Source: Snowella sp. (GTDB taxonomy: Bacteria; Cyanobacteriota; Cyanobacteriia; Cyanobacteriales; Microcystaceae). From it: 64,000 bases of DNA. The notes below the pieces were generated by a model. The model searched no databases. It was given only the letters and a program-made list of their open reading frames with translations, and had not been told where the DNA came from. Position 1 is the first letter of the stretch; each line of letters begins with the position of its first letter. Positions 20,809 through 32,026 of this stretch are shown one piece after another. Both the position numbers and the translations under genes were made by a program. The DNA is taken from positions 146,650 through 210,649 of the forward strand of contig JAYKGY010000104.1 in NCBI GenBank assembly GCA_035285545.1, in the 5' to 3' direction.

Positions 20809-22032
20809 TTAATCCCAATCTATCAGTCTAATGTAAACTTTCTTTTTATCTTCACCTCTCAGTTTAAGAAGAGGAGCATCAAATTTTCCCTTTCCTCCTT
20901 GTTTTTCGAGAGGATATGGAGTGTTATCATTCGTCAAGTCTGGGGTCGCCGAATCAAGCACCACCTTTTTAGCTCCTCCTTCAGAATCTTCGCCGAGTAC
21001 TGACAGCGATATTTTAGATACCTTGACATCCTGATTAGAATCATTACAGATAGTTCCATGAATTCGATACACGGGAGCAGAATCTTTTTCTCCCAGCTTT
21101 TCAAAAGCTATTCGGGCTTCAGTTAGCATCAAAGTAACACCATTTTTCTTAACTGCTCCAAAACCATCCGTGTTTGCTTCCTGAACAACGATAATCTCTG
21201 GAGCCTGACCCCCACTAATTTCTATTTTTCCAGAGGCAGGAGGGGTTAGGGGCGGGACTTCTTCTGCTATTCCTCTAGTAATGGTTTTGCCATTCTGTTC
21301 TAACGTTAATGAGCCATCAACCCCACCCTGAATAGATTTAACAAATACTGTTTCTGAAGGATTTGAAGAACTTTGCAACGCTGATCTTTGAGTAATACTT
21401 TGTGCAACTGATTGATTGCGTAATTGAACAATAGCGACTGGCCCTTCTCGAAACTCGATCACTCCATATATTTTCATACCCTTCGCATCTCTTGTATCAA
21501 CTTCTGGAGGGATAATTTTCGCTGATGCCCCCTGTCCTGCCGTTGCTAATACGACCTCTTTTTGGCGGTTTTTGCCAGAACAATAGCGACCTACTTTTGC
21601 TTCTTTAAGTGAAGACTCAAAGGTTTTGACTTGTTTTTTTGATTGATTTCTTGGTAATGCGCTTGATTGACCACTTGCTCTTGGTGATGTTGCGGAACTT
21701 GAATTGTTAAATTCATTACCCTGAATCTCTGCTTTAATTGGAATCAAACCAAAGGGATTATTACGGGCTTTTTGAACCTCTTGTACTCTCTTCTTGGGAT
21801 CAGTTGCAGGAATTAAACCCTGTGAAGCTAAATCTATACTAGAAGCTTTTGGCTGTGTTGATCCTTGACTTCCTGCTAGAGGCTGCTGTGCTGGGGGAGG
21901 AGCAACAGGCGGAGGACTCGCTGTAACAGGTGGAGGGGTTGGGTTAGTTGATTGTTCTTCTGGAGAACTAGCACAACTTACAAGGGTTAATAACGGTAAA
22001 ATACTTAAAAAAACTATCCAATGCTTGCTCAT
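20809..22032 (-). CDS. Lipoprotein, possibly PilP-like, with an extra C-terminal beta domain
   Basis: ATG at 22032 gives MSKHWIVFLSILPLLTLVS-C (lipobox); Pro-rich linker, RNNPF, then GVIE..AIV..VFVKSI..LEQNG. Confidence 0.6.
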   Translation of the reverse strand: MSKHWIVFLSILPLLTLVSCASSPEEQSTNPTPPPVTASPPPVAPPPAQQPLAGSQGSTQPKASSIDLASQGLIPATDPKKRVQEVQKARNNPFGLIPIKAEIQGNEFNNSSSATSPRASGQSSALPRNQSKKQVKTFESSLKEAKVGRYCSGKNRQKEVVLATAGQGASAKIIPPEVDTRDAKGMKIYGVIEFREGPVAIVQLRNQSVAQSITQRSALQSSSNPSETVFVKSIQGGVDGSLTLEQNGKTITRGIAEEVPPLTPPASGKIEISGGQAPEIIVVQEANTDGFGAVKKNGVTLMLTEARIAFEKLGEKDSAPVYRIHGTICNDSNQDVKVSKISLSVLGEDSEGGAKKVVLDSATPDLTNDNTPYPLEKQGGKGKFDAPLLKLRGEDKKKVYIRLIDWD

Positions 22033-22237
22033 TGTTGCTCCTCGACCAGAATAAGGGATATTCTGCAAACCTATCCGATAATAGCAGACGATCCATTGGT
22101 TGGCATTAGTAAAATACACTAATTTTTGATATCTTTACGAAACTAAAAATAAGGGAAGTTTCAGACAAACATATCTTTTACAATAAGATTGCAAGAATTC
22201 ACCTAATATAATCAGCCATCCCTTTAATCCTTAAATA

Positions 22238-22504
22238 ATGACAACTCAAGCCGAAATTATTCGTTATCCCCAATTACCCTTAGCCATTTATCGAGAAGTT
22301 GCCGCCCATTTACAACAAATTCAGGGCGTAAAAGCCGAATTAACCCCCCAAACGTCCAAACAGTTTGACTATTTCCAAAGCCAAATCGAGTCAGTCCGTA
22401 TCGAATATCCTGCCGAACTGCCCCATCAAGACAAACAATATTTAGAGTCAATCTTGAATCATTACGCTCAAAAATACGGCAACTATCAACGCAAATTGGC
22501 TTAA
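22238..22504 (+). CDS. Conserved cyanobacterial hypothetical protein
   Basis: LPLAIYREVAAHLQQI, FDYFQSQI, ILNHYAQKYG. Confidence 0.75.
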   Translation: MTTQAEIIRYPQLPLAIYREVAAHLQQIQGVKAELTPQTSKQFDYFQSQIESVRIEYPAELPHQDKQYLESILNHYAQKYGNYQRKLA

Positions 22505-22539
22505 ATGGTATTTTTTGCGTCAAATATAAATGGATTAAC

Positions 22540-22896
22540 ATGAACTCATTAAACTTAGAGGATGCACAACGGAATAAAAATCAAAGCAATCAACTTACAG
22601 CATCAATCAATTCTCAATATCTTTTAATAGATCAATATTTACAGCAATTTGACGAAAATAAATTACCCTTTGATCGTTTGATTAGTGTTCTTGATGCCCT
22701 TCTTGAAACCTTACAAGTTTCTGACGACGAATGGAAAGAAAAGTTTAGAAGTGAATGGTGGACGCTTGAACAAGTTTATGCGGTAGCCTGCGATCGCGGA
22801 GAAACAACCTTGAATATAGAAAGTCAAAATCTAGTTTGTGAAACGCTAGATAATATGAAAAAACTTTTGAAAGAATTATCAAAAAACTGGGTCTAA
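22540..22896 (+). CDS. Hypothetical protein
   Basis: 118-aa acidic helical ORF, AT-rich. Confidence 0.6.
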   Translation: MNSLNLEDAQRNKNQSNQLTASINSQYLLIDQYLQQFDENKLPFDRLISVLDALLETLQVSDDEWKEKFRSEWWTLEQVYAVACDRGETTLNIESQNLVCETLDNMKKLLKELSKNWV

Positions 22897-22949
22897 AGCC
22901 CTATTCTTCAAAACGACTTGATTCTTCATAAACAGGAGAAAACAGAAAA

Positions 22950-23162
22950 ATGCAAATTAACTATCGATTAAACGCTAACGAACTAGATAATAACTTTTTA
23001 GAAAGTTTAAAAGTTGCTTTTCAAAATAAAGAAATTGAAATTATTGTTTATGAAAGTGATGAAACCAACTCTCTCTTACAAAATCCCGTTAATCGAGAAA
23101 AGCTATTAACTGCGGTGGAAAATATCAAAAATCGTAACAATCTTGTCAATTATTCTGACTAA
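22950..23162 (+). CDS. Small antitoxin-like protein (YefM-like C-terminus)
   Basis: DETNSLLQNPVNREKLLTAVEN resembles the ETxYLLxxPxNxxxL motif; AGGAG RBS upstream. Confidence 0.55.
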   Translation: MQINYRLNANELDNNFLESLKVAFQNKEIEIIVYESDETNSLLQNPVNREKLLTAVENIKNRNNLVNYSD

Positions 23163-25129
23163 TCAGCTTCCAAACAAGCGATCGCGGCTTTGATGAGTTG
23201 GAAATAATGGGGTTGGGTAACATCAATCTGTTTTTTAGTATTTTCAGAAGTTGCTAACCAGCCAAAACGTTGACCCTTTTCGATCATTAAAATATTGCCC
23301 TGATCATTGGTAATGCGTAACTCAGTTTTTGTGTAGCCGAAACAGCAGGAATAAAAACGCCCTTGATGCTTAAATTTAGATTCTTGAGTTAAACTTTGAG
23401 CCTTTTCAGGTAATCTCACCCCCACAACTTCTAATTGCAAACTCGTATTACCATTGAAATGATTTTCCTGAAGTTTGTAAGCAATATCAATCGGTGAGGG
23501 CAACGGGCAATATTCCCCCCAACGCCACGCGATCGCCTTAATCGGTTCACTATCATCAGATTGAGATAGGGTTAACTTGAGGTGATTTTTGCCAATCTTT
23601 TGCTGCTCAATAATACGAACATTTGGTGTCCAGAAAATTGGAAAAGGGTTCCCAATACCCCAGGGTTGCAAGCCATCAATTTGTTGATAAAGATTTAAAT
23701 TTAACTGTTTAAATTCCGCTTGAGCATCAATATTAATCAACGGTTTTAACTGTTCAGGTTCTAAGCACTGATGGGCAAACTCCCGTAACCGTTGCTTAAA
23801 TGCGTCTAAATTCTCGCTCGGTAAACTAAAGCCTCCGGCGGCGCGATGTCCCCCAAACTTTCCTAATAAATCTTGACAAAATTCTAATGCTTCAAAAATA
23901 TGGAATTCTTCAATGCCTCTGGCTGAGCCTCTAATTTTATCTTCCTCTTCTTCAAACGTACCAATAAACACAGGCACACCATACCGTTCTAGCAACCGCG
24001 AAGCCACAATACCAATGACACCATGATGCCAATGCGGTTGCACAATCACTAAAACTCGGTCTTCTTGCCAGGGAAGAGGAGTTGTTTCAATGTAGGCGAT
24101 CGCTTCGGTTTCGATCTGTTCACAAAGTTCTTGGCGTTGACGGTTAATTTGCTCGCATTGCATAGCCCGTTCTAGGGCAATTCCCTCATCTTCGGTGGTC
24201 AGTAACTCAATCACTAATTGGGGATCACCGATGCGTCCAATGGCGTTAATTCTAGGGCCTAAACGAAAACCAATATCATCGGGTTTAAGTTGCTTTTGTT
24301 CCTCGCTCACCCCTGCCATTTGCATCAAGGCTTGAATCCCCAGGAGTTTGGATTGGGGTAATTTGCGTAGACCCCGTTTTAACCAGCGTCGATTCACTCC
24401 TGTTAAGGCGGCTAAATCAGCGATCGTTCCAAGGGTATAAAGTTCTAACAATTGTTCTGTTAGTCCCTTGATTTTGCCTAAGGCTTGGGCGGCTGTAATG
24501 GCGAGAATATAGGCCACACCCACACCAGCTAATCCTGCATAGGGAGAAGTAGCGGGTAATAACTTGGGATTTAAAATTGCCTGAGCGGGCGGTAATTTTT
24601 CGGGTAAATCGTGGTGATCGGTAATGATAACCTTTAATCCAAGTTCGACAGCTAACGCGATCGCGTCGTAGGCGGAAATCCCATTATCAACGGTGAGAAT
24701 TAGCTTTACATTGGTATCAGCAAACTCCTGGACAATGCGCTGATTAATGCCGTAACCATCCTTCATACGGCTAGGAATGGCATAATCCACCTTTGCCCCC
24801 AAGTGTCGTAAAGCTCGCAATAATAAAGCCGTACTGGTCATGCCGTCCGCATCGTAATCCCCACAAATGGCAATCTTTTCTTCGTTCGCGATCGCGTCTT
24901 TGAGTAAGTCCACACTTTTCCCTAAATCGGGAAATTCAGCTAACGGAGTCGGTAAGGTTTGACTTTCGGGATCAAGATAGACCTGAGCTAGTTCTGCGTT
25001 ATCAATCCCCCGATGCCACAACACCTGAGCTAACAAGGGAGAAAGCCTCGTTTGTTCGATTAACGCTTGAACCTGGGCAGAATCCGCTTCTTTAATTTTC
25101 CACCGTTGTCGGGGTAACTTGGGGGGCAT
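23159..25129 (-). CDS. recJ: ssDNA-specific exonuclease RecJ
   Basis: GDYDADG, TVDNG, TDHH, GPRINAIGR, GSAR, GGH. Confidence 0.96.
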   Translation of the reverse strand: MPPKLPRQRWKIKEADSAQVQALIEQTRLSPLLAQVLWHRGIDNAELAQVYLDPESQTLPTPLAEFPDLGKSVDLLKDAIANEEKIAICGDYDADGMTSTALLLRALRHLGAKVDYAIPSRMKDGYGINQRIVQEFADTNVKLILTVDNGISAYDAIALAVELGLKVIITDHHDLPEKLPPAQAILNPKLLPATSPYAGLAGVGVAYILAITAAQALGKIKGLTEQLLELYTLGTIADLAALTGVNRRWLKRGLRKLPQSKLLGIQALMQMAGVSEEQKQLKPDDIGFRLGPRINAIGRIGDPQLVIELLTTEDEGIALERAMQCEQINRQRQELCEQIETEAIAYIETTPLPWQEDRVLVIVQPHWHHGVIGIVASRLLERYGVPVFIGTFEEEEDKIRGSARGIEEFHIFEALEFCQDLLGKFGGHRAAGGFSLPSENLDAFKQRLREFAHQCLEPEQLKPLINIDAQAEFKQLNLNLYQQIDGLQPWGIGNPFPIFWTPNVRIIEQQKIGKNHLKLTLSQSDDSEPIKAIAWRWGEYCPLPSPIDIAYKLQENHFNGNTSLQLEVVGVRLPEKAQSLTQESKFKHQGRFYSCCFGYTKTELRITNDQGNILMIEKGQRFGWLATSENTKKQIDVTQPHYFQLIKAAIACLEAD

Positions 25130-25173
25130 ATATCTTAGACAGCTTTGACTCAGTAAGTGTTAGATACTCTAAC

Positions 25174-25221
25174 ATCCCCCCGCCTATCGGCACCCCCCTT
25201 ACTAAGGGGGGCAGGGGGGAT
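25174..25221. repeat. Cyanobacterial REP-like palindromic element
   Basis: ATCCCCCC...CCCCCCTTACTAAGGGGGG...GGGGGGAT nested hairpin between recJ and the upstream gene. Confidence 0.75.
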
Positions 25222-25250
25222 TAATGGTTAAACTTGATTATAAACAGTCT

Positions 25251-26681
25251 TTAAGCAATAGAATTTTCCATTTTTTTTGAATTCGGTAAAGCCGCGATCG
25301 CTTTTTTTGCAAAATCTTGTAACAGGCTTAACCGTTGGGTTTGGGCAAAAACTTGCTGTAGGGTTTGTCCCAGTTTCTCTAAATTTAGCCCTTCGCCTGT
25401 TTGTTGGCTAATTTCCTGAGCTTGGAAGTATTCCACCAAACTTAAACCCGCTACCCGTGTTAAATAGGCCGCGCTGACTCCCTGGATAGCTCCTCCTGCA
25501 ACGTAGGTTACAGCATTGGTTTTCAATAAGCTGCCTAAACTTTGGGTGCTTAATTCCACTAAACCAAGTTTGACAATTAATTGCCCGACTTCAGCCGCAA
25601 CGCTTTGAGCCTGTTCTAAAGAAAACTTTTGTTGATAAATGCCGCTTAAATCCAAGACCATTTGACCATTAATCGCTGCGGTTGCTAACAGGTCTAAACT
25701 CGCGACAGGATTAATTAACGCCGTTCCCCCTGCAATCCATTGATATTGTTCAATCACAGGTAAAGCGCGATCGCGTCGAATTTGGTTTAATTGTTCTTTA
25801 GCGGTTTGTTTAATTTGTTGAGCTTCCCGCCAAGTTGTTCCTAAGATTAAATCAGCTTTTTCTTGGTTAATAACACTGGTTAAATGCTGAGTTAAGGGAG
25901 CTAAATCAACTTTGGTTTCTTCAAAAAATTCCTCAATGGTTCCGTCTTCTAAATGCCGCCGTACTTTCAACGGTTTAGGAGCAACAGACAAGCCAAAAAT
26001 TTCGGATTCAGGCAGAATAGGGGAAATTTGGTGTTGAATTTTTTGCAGGATTTCAACCCGTTCTTCCGGTCGATATTGATCCTGTTTATTAAAGAGTAAT
26101 AATAAGCGGTGATGATTGCGATATAAGTTTTGTAGAGTTTGCCATTCGGAATCTGTGAGATCCCCTGAAATGAGAAATAATGTCAAATCAAACTTAGCTA
26201 AATTTTGTAGCGATCTTTCATGATTATCGACAATTAATAATGGTTCACTTTCCTGCCAATTAACATTATGGGTCGTAACTTTTGCAGCTAATAAATTTTT
26301 TAAGGCACTTTTCCCCGTTCCTTTTGTACCCGTAATACCAATGTTTAAAATTTGGCGATCAAAGTGGCTAGGTAATTCGGTTAACTGCTGACGAAAATGA
26401 GTAACATCCTGTTCTGGGGCTTCGGTTGCTAGGGTATCGATAATGGTTTGGGCTTGCGCGATCGCGGTATCAACGGTTTGACGAGTCAGCGGCGTTAAAA
26501 CTGCCAAAGAACTTTTAGTAGAACGTTTCAGCTTCCAAAACAATAAACCAAAAGCCGTCATGCCCCACAAGCCCCATTGACCCATTTCGAGCAAATGGGT
26601 ATGCACACTTTCCCATCCCAACAACAACAGGCAAAGCCCTAGTCCGCCGACTAAAACAGGTTTCTGTACTTGAACCGCCAT
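25251..26681 (-). CDS. YcjF/DUF697 family GTPase-like membrane protein
   Basis: GTKGTGKS, GDLTDSE, NKQD, C-terminal NPVASLDLLATAAIN...AIQGVSAAYLTR. Confidence 0.8.
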   Translation of the reverse strand: MAVQVQKPVLVGGLGLCLLLLGWESVHTHLLEMGQWGLWGMTAFGLLFWKLKRSTKSSLAVLTPLTRQTVDTAIAQAQTIIDTLATEAPEQDVTHFRQQLTELPSHFDRQILNIGITGTKGTGKSALKNLLAAKVTTHNVNWQESEPLLIVDNHERSLQNLAKFDLTLFLISGDLTDSEWQTLQNLYRNHHRLLLLFNKQDQYRPEERVEILQKIQHQISPILPESEIFGLSVAPKPLKVRRHLEDGTIEEFFEETKVDLAPLTQHLTSVINQEKADLILGTTWREAQQIKQTAKEQLNQIRRDRALPVIEQYQWIAGGTALINPVASLDLLATAAINGQMVLDLSGIYQQKFSLEQAQSVAAEVGQLIVKLGLVELSTQSLGSLLKTNAVTYVAGGAIQGVSAAYLTRVAGLSLVEYFQAQEISQQTGEGLNLEKLGQTLQQVFAQTQRLSLLQDFAKKAIAALPNSKKMENSIA

Positions 26682-27004
26682 TTCCTTTCTCCCCAGCGAT
26701 GCTTAGCTCTTTTGATTGATTAACAGTTATCCTACCGAGTTCCAGTATTAATCCATCTTGGCGTTAATTTTTCTTTATCTATCCTACTCTAAGGCGGACG
26801 GGTACGGGGATTCATTTGATTATCCATACGTCACGCCTATGCCAGTGAGTTTGCGTCGAGATTTCAAAAATGGCATCCCAACAATCATGCTCTCTCCAAT
26901 CGGCAATGCCTAATGACTGATACTCATATCTTAGGGTTTTGGGCGTATAATAGCAGAATAAGTCTCTAATATCCTCAAAATTTTGCTTTAATATCAAATT
27001 TTCA

Positions 27005-30000
27005 ATGTTCAATCATTATTATTTCCAATTCATTGATAATTTTTCTCAAAAAAGTATTCTTCATCAAGGCGAATATCATCCAGGGTTAGTCATCCTGTCG
27101 ATCGCGATCGCCATTTTTACGTCCTATACGGCATTTTTAATGGGACAGTTTGCTGAACCCGTTACCAGTAAGCAAATTCGCTATGCTCTGTTATCCCTGA
27201 GTGGCTTAGCAATGGGTGTGGGTATCTGGGCGATGCACTTTATTGGGATGCTAGGCTTCCACCTGCCCTGTGAGATTAGTTATAACCCTTGGCTAACGGC
27301 TTTCTCCATCATTCCAGGGATTGGTGCCAGTATTTTTGCCATGCATTTTGTTTCCCGTCCTCAACCGAGCTTAAAAGTATTACTGATAGGCGGAACGGTG
27401 TTTGGGCTGGGTATCGGTACAATGCATTATTCTGGCATGGCAGCCATGCACCTGGATGGATCGATTCACTATGATCCCTTTTTATTTACCCTATCGATTC
27501 TGGTTGCGGCTTTTTTGGCTTTTATTGCCCTCTGGTTCCGCTTCTATATTGGTCATTTTTTTTCGGCGGCGGGTCGTTATGACTTATTGAGTTCCGCCGT
27601 TGTTATGGGACTCGCTGTATCGGGGATGCACTATACGGGAATGACTGCTGCTGACTTTTTTTGTGATCCTGATAGCGCGACTCCTGCTTCTGGTGTGGAG
27701 TTACATCTGGTGGCGATCGCGGTCACCCTAGCGACGACCTTACTGACAGGGATTGTGATGCTGGTGGTATTACGCGAGACGACCCTACAACGCGATCAAC
27801 GCAAAATTCTAGCGGAAACCGAAGCTTGGTATCGGGGAATGATCGAATATGCACCAGATGGCATGTTAGTTATTGACTCCAATAGCTTGATCATTTTAAC
27901 CAACCCTTCGTTGGAAGCCATGTTTGGTTATCAACCGAATGAACTAATCGGGCAACATATTGAAATTCTGGGTCTTGACGGGGTATGTTCCCGCCATTTT
28001 AACTGTGTGGACTGCGATCAAGAAGTGGGGCAAGCTTGTTTAATCAGCGATCGCAATTTAGAATCTCTGGGTTTACGTCAGGATGGTTCCCAGTTTCCCA
28101 TTGAAATCGGCCTAGCCCGTTTACCCGCCTTAGGCCAACATAGTATTAGTCTTTTTGCATCGGTACGAGATATCACGGCTCGTCGGCAGGCAGAGTTAGA
28201 AATTAGCCGTCAGCGTGAACAATTACAATCAATTTTGGATCAAGCCCCTGTGGGAGTAGCGATAACCGTCGATGGTGTTACCCGTTTTGCTAATCCCCGC
28301 ATCGTTGATCTAGTCGGTCTCAAGGTCGGTGACTCCCCCCAAAAGATTTATGTTAATCTTTCGGATCGTCAACAAATTCTAGACGAACTTTCTCAGCATG
28401 GAATCTTTGAAGGGGGTCACTATCAAATGTATGGCCCAGACGGAGAAATTCGCGACATTCTGGCGACTTTTATCACCACCGAATATGAAGGTCAAAAGGG
28501 AGTCCTCGGTTGGTTAACGGATATCACCCAGATCAAAGCGGCTGAAGATGAGATGCGGCGTGCCAAAGAATTAGCCGAAGAAGCTACTCAAGTCAAAGCG
28601 GACTTTTTGGCAAATATGAGTCACGAAATTCGTACCCCCATGAATGCCATTATTGGGATGACCCATCTTGCTCTCAAAACCGACTTAACACCGCGTCAGC
28701 ACGAATATTTAAGGAAAATCCAGCTATCTAGCCAACATTTATTGGGCGTTATCAATGATATTCTCGATTTCTCCAAGATTGAAGCGGGCAAATTAAACAT
28801 TGAAAGTATTGATTTTGAGTTAGAAAAAATTCTCGAAAGTGTGGCAACCCTCATTACCGAGAAGGCAACGGCCAAAGGCTTAGAACTGATTTTTGATGTT
28901 GACCGCGATTTACCCCGCAATTTCAAAGGAGATCCGCTGAGATTGGGGCAAATTTTAATTAATTATGCTAACAACGCGGTTAAATTTACTGAAAAAGGTG
29001 AAATAACGATTATTGTAAAAATCCAAGAAACTCGCGAAAACGAGATGATGCTCTATTTTGCGGTCAAAGATACGGGTATTGGTTTAACCCAAGAGCAAAT
29101 CAAAAATTTATTCAACAGTTTCCAACAGGCCGATACCTCTACCACTCGAAAATTTGGTGGTACGGGTCTGGGACTCGCCATTTGCAAACGAATTGCGGAT
29201 CTGATGGGGGGCGAAGTGGGCGTTGAAAGTGAGTATGGTCAAGGTAGCACTTTCTGGTTTACGGTCTGCCTACAATTGAGTACCACTAATCCTCGCCGAT
29301 TGGTATTGAGTAGCGATCTTCAGGGAAAACGGGTTTTAGTGGTAGATGATAACGAAGCTGCACGGTTAATTTTAAAAGCTTTGCTCAGGCAGATGAAATT
29401 TAAGGTCGATCTCGCCAGTTCAGGGGAAGAAGCATTAGAAGCCGTTACCGAAGCCGATAATATGACCAATCCCTATGAAATCGTTTTTCTGGATTGGCAA
29501 ATGCCGAATATGGATGGACTAGAAGTGGCGCGAAGAATGCAAGCTCTACCCTTGAAACATCGACCCTATCATTTGATGGTTACGGCCTACGGACGAGAAG
29601 AGGTTTTCAAGAATGCTGAATCCTTGGGAATTGCCGATATCCTCATCAAACCTGTCAATGCGTCCATGTTGTTCGATAGTGTGGCGGGATTATTGGGGGA
29701 TGTACGACAAGAGCCTTCTAATATTTTCAGTCCGTCGCATCATGAATCTCTGCGCGATCGCTTAAAAACCATTGAAGGCGCGAAGATTCTGTTGGTAGAA
29801 GACAATGAAGTTAATCAGGAAGTAGCCACAGAGTTATTAGAAGATGTGGGCTTTGGGGTTGATCTAGCAGAAAATGGACGGATTGCGGTAGAAAAAGTGA
29901 AAAATAACCCCTATGATTTGGTGCTGATGGATGTTCAGATGCCAGAAATGGACGGACTTGAGGCAACCGTTGCAATTCGTAAAGACTCGCGTTATCAAAA

Positions 30001-30802
30001 TCTATCGATTGTGGCGATGACTGCCAGTGTTCTCCAAGGCGATCGCGATAAATGTATCGAGGCGGGAATGAATGATTACGTCGCCAAACCCATTGAGCCA
30101 GATGAATTGTGGAAAGCTTTGTTGAAATGGATTAAACCCAATCCAACAGAAGGCGACAGTCCGACAGCCCTTGTAAACGTAACGCCAAAAATAAACGAAG
30201 AGATTGAGATTCCCTCAGATATTGCAGGACTCAATACATCAGAAGGGTTACGTCGCGTTCTGGGCAAAAAATTCCTATACCTCTCCATGTTGCGTAAGTT
30301 TGCAGCAGGACAAAAAAACTTTGCCGCGCAACTCAAGCAAGCTCTAGAAACTAAAGATAAAATCCTAGCAGAACGACTTGCCCATACCCTCAAAGGTGTA
30401 GCAGGGAATATTGGGGCAGAATCCATTCAGCAAGGAGCAGCAGAGCTAGAAACGGCCATTAAAGCAGATCAGTCTCGTTCCGAAATTGATTCATTGTTAA
30501 CTAACCTTGAGAACCCCCTAGAAAGCTTAATTCAGCAATTAGAAGCCAAGTTACCCCCTGAAGTGGAGGCGAGTAAGATTGTTATTGATTTTGAAAAACT
30601 GGAGTCAATTTGTACGAAACTGGCTACCCTGTTAAGTGAAGATGACGCAGAAGCGGCGGATCTGTTGCAGGATAATAGCGATTTGCTCAAAAGTGCTTTC
30701 CCCAATCATTACACCGCGATCGCGGCAGGGATCAATTCATTCGACTTCGAGGCAGCTTATACTGCTTTAATAGCGGCTAAAGAAACACTTCAAAATTCAT
30801 AA
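27005..30802 (+). CDS. Hybrid sensor kinase MHYT - PAS - PAS - HisKA - HATPase - REC - REC - HPt
   Basis: MHFIGM/MHYSGM/MHYTGM repeats, [21 protein letters not shown], two receivers, [12 protein letters not shown]t. Confidence 0.93.
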   Translation: MFNHYYFQFIDNFSQKSILHQGEYHPGLVILSIAIAIFTSYTAFLMGQFAEPVTSKQIRYALLSLSGLAMGVGIWAMHFIGMLGFHLPCEISYNPWLTAFSIIPGIGASIFAMHFVSRPQPSLKVLLIGGTVFGLGIGTMHYSGMAAMHLDGSIHYDPFLFTLSILVAAFLAFIALWFRFYIGHFFSAAGRYDLLSSAVVMGLAVSGMHYTGMTAADFFCDPDSATPASGVELHLVAIAVTLATTLLTGIVMLVVLRETTLQRDQRKILAETEAWYRGMIEYAPDGMLVIDSNSLIILTNPSLEAMFGYQPNELIGQHIEILGLDGVCSRHFNCVDCDQEVGQACLISDRNLESLGLRQDGSQFPIEIGLARLPALGQHSISLFASVRDITARRQAELEISRQREQLQSILDQAPVGVAITVDGVTRFANPRIVDLVGLKVGDSPQKIYVNLSDRQQILDELSQHGIFEGGHYQMYGPDGEIRDILATFITTEYEGQKGVLGWLTDITQIKAAEDEMRRAKELAEEATQVKADFLANMSHEIRTPMNAIIGMTHLALKTDLTPRQHEYLRKIQLSSQHLLGVINDILDFSKIEAGKLNIESIDFELEKILESVATLITEKATAKGLELIFDVDRDLPRNFKGDPLRLGQILINYANNAVKFTEKGEITIIVKIQETRENEMMLYFAVKDTGIGLTQEQIKNLFNSFQQADTSTTRKFGGTGLGLAICKRIADLMGGEVGVESEYGQGSTFWFTVCLQLSTTNPRRLVLSSDLQGKRVLVVDDNEAARLILKALLRQMKFKVDLASSGEEALEAVTEADNMTNPYEIVFLDWQMPNMDGLEVARRMQALPLKHRPYHLMVTAYGREEVFKNAESLGIADILIKPVNASMLFDSVAGLLGDVRQEPSNIFSPSHHESLRDRLKTIEGAKILLVEDNEVNQEVATELLEDVGFGVDLAENGRIAVEKVKNNPYDLVLMDVQMPEMDGLEATVAIRKDSRYQNLSIVAMTASVLQGDRDKCIEAGMNDYVAKPIEPDELWKALLKWIKPNPTEGDSPTALVNVTPKINEEIEIPSDIAGLNTSEGLRRVLGKKFLYLSMLRKFAAGQKNFAAQLKQALETKDKILAERLAHTLKGVAGNIGAESIQQGAAELETAIKADQSRSEIDSLLTNLENPLESLIQQLEAKLPPEVEASKIVIDFEKLESICTKLATLLSEDDAEAADLLQDNSDLLKSAFPNHYTAIAAGINSFDFEAAYTALIAAKETLQNS

Positions 30803-30822
30803 AATTTCAATAAAATCTCTCT

Positions 30823-31935
30823 ATGATTACCAACTTACTCCAAGAAAAAATCAAAAGAAAAACGATTTTAGTAGTAGATGACACCCCCGATAATCTGACC
30901 TTTATTAGCGGATTACTGAAAGATGACTATCGAGTAAAAGTAGCCAACAACGGCCAAAAAGCCATCACAATCGCTCGTTCCAGTGATCCACCCGACCTCA
31001 TTCTGCTGGATATTATGATGCCTGGTATGGATGGTTATGATGTATGCCGTATGCTCAAGGCCGATCCCCAATCTCCCGATATTCCCATTATTTTTCTGAC
31101 AGCAAAGGCAGAGGTAGAAGATGAGCGTCAAGGTTTGGAATTAGGGGCGGTTGATTATATTACGAAACCCGTTAGTCCTCCTATTTTGATGGCTAGGGTG
31201 AAAACGCAATTAACCTTAAAAGAATCCTACGATAATCTACGGGAATTGCTCCAATTTCGGGAAGATATGGTCAATATGATTGTTCATGATCTGCGAAATC
31301 CGATTTCTAATATCCTGTTGGTGACAGAAATGCTACTGACCTATCCTGGGCTACCGCCTGAAAAAATCCACAAAAACCTCGATATGATCTCCAGAGGTGG
31401 GCAAACGCTCCGTTCCTTAGTAGATGATTTATTGTTAAAGGCAAAATCTGAATCGAATAAATTAGTCCTTGAGCGTAAAAATACCGATATTTGCCAACTT
31501 TGTGAAGCCGCGATCGCCGATCTTAAAGAAATTGCTGCGCGAAAAACAGTACAACTGATTGCCAAAACCCCTGCCCCCGTGATTCGAGATATCAATATTG
31601 ATCCCATGCTCTTTCGTCGGGCTATTGATAATTTGTTATCCAATGCTATTAAATTCTCACCAACAGAGAGTACTGTAACGCTTTTTTTAGACTATATCGG
31701 TGAACAAGGGGTAAAAATTCAAGTTGCAGATTGTGGGCCAGGGGTCAGTGAAAATTTACGACAAAGTATTTTTGAAAAATATGAAGTTGGCACCTTAATG
31801 AAAGGGATTAGTCAAACAGGTTTAGGGTTAGCATTTTGCAAAATTGTGGTTGAAGCCCACCGGGGAAAAATTAGTGTGACCGATAATACACCTCAAGGCT
31901 CGATTTTCACCATCGAAATCAATGACGAGATTTAA
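30823..31935 (+). CDS. Hybrid response regulator / histidine kinase (REC-HisKA-HATPase)
   Basis: VVDDTPDN, LLDIMMP, HDLRNP, NAIKF, TGLGLAFC; starts 20 bp after the upstream kinase. Confidence 0.92.
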   Translation: MITNLLQEKIKRKTILVVDDTPDNLTFISGLLKDDYRVKVANNGQKAITIARSSDPPDLILLDIMMPGMDGYDVCRMLKADPQSPDIPIIFLTAKAEVEDERQGLELGAVDYITKPVSPPILMARVKTQLTLKESYDNLRELLQFREDMVNMIVHDLRNPISNILLVTEMLLTYPGLPPEKIHKNLDMISRGGQTLRSLVDDLLLKAKSESNKLVLERKNTDICQLCEAAIADLKEIAARKTVQLIAKTPAPVIRDINIDPMLFRRAIDNLLSNAIKFSPTESTVTLFLDYIGEQGVKIQVADCGPGVSENLRQSIFEKYEVGTLMKGISQTGLGLAFCKIVVEAHRGKISVTDNTPQGSIFTIEINDEI

Positions 31936-32026
31936 TCAAGTAATCAATATCGATTGTGTCTCTATCTCAACGTTAGCTGGAGTCGAGATTTTAAAACAAA
32001 TATCCCTATCCAAAATCAGCAATACA

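Noticed and set aside
22033..22119. N-terminal extension of the lipoprotein ORF
   Set aside because: The signal peptide and lipobox fit the ATG at 22032.
26812..27012. 66-aa minus-strand ORF
   Set aside because: It overlaps the start and promoter region of the MHYT kinase and has no recognisable motif; probably spurious.
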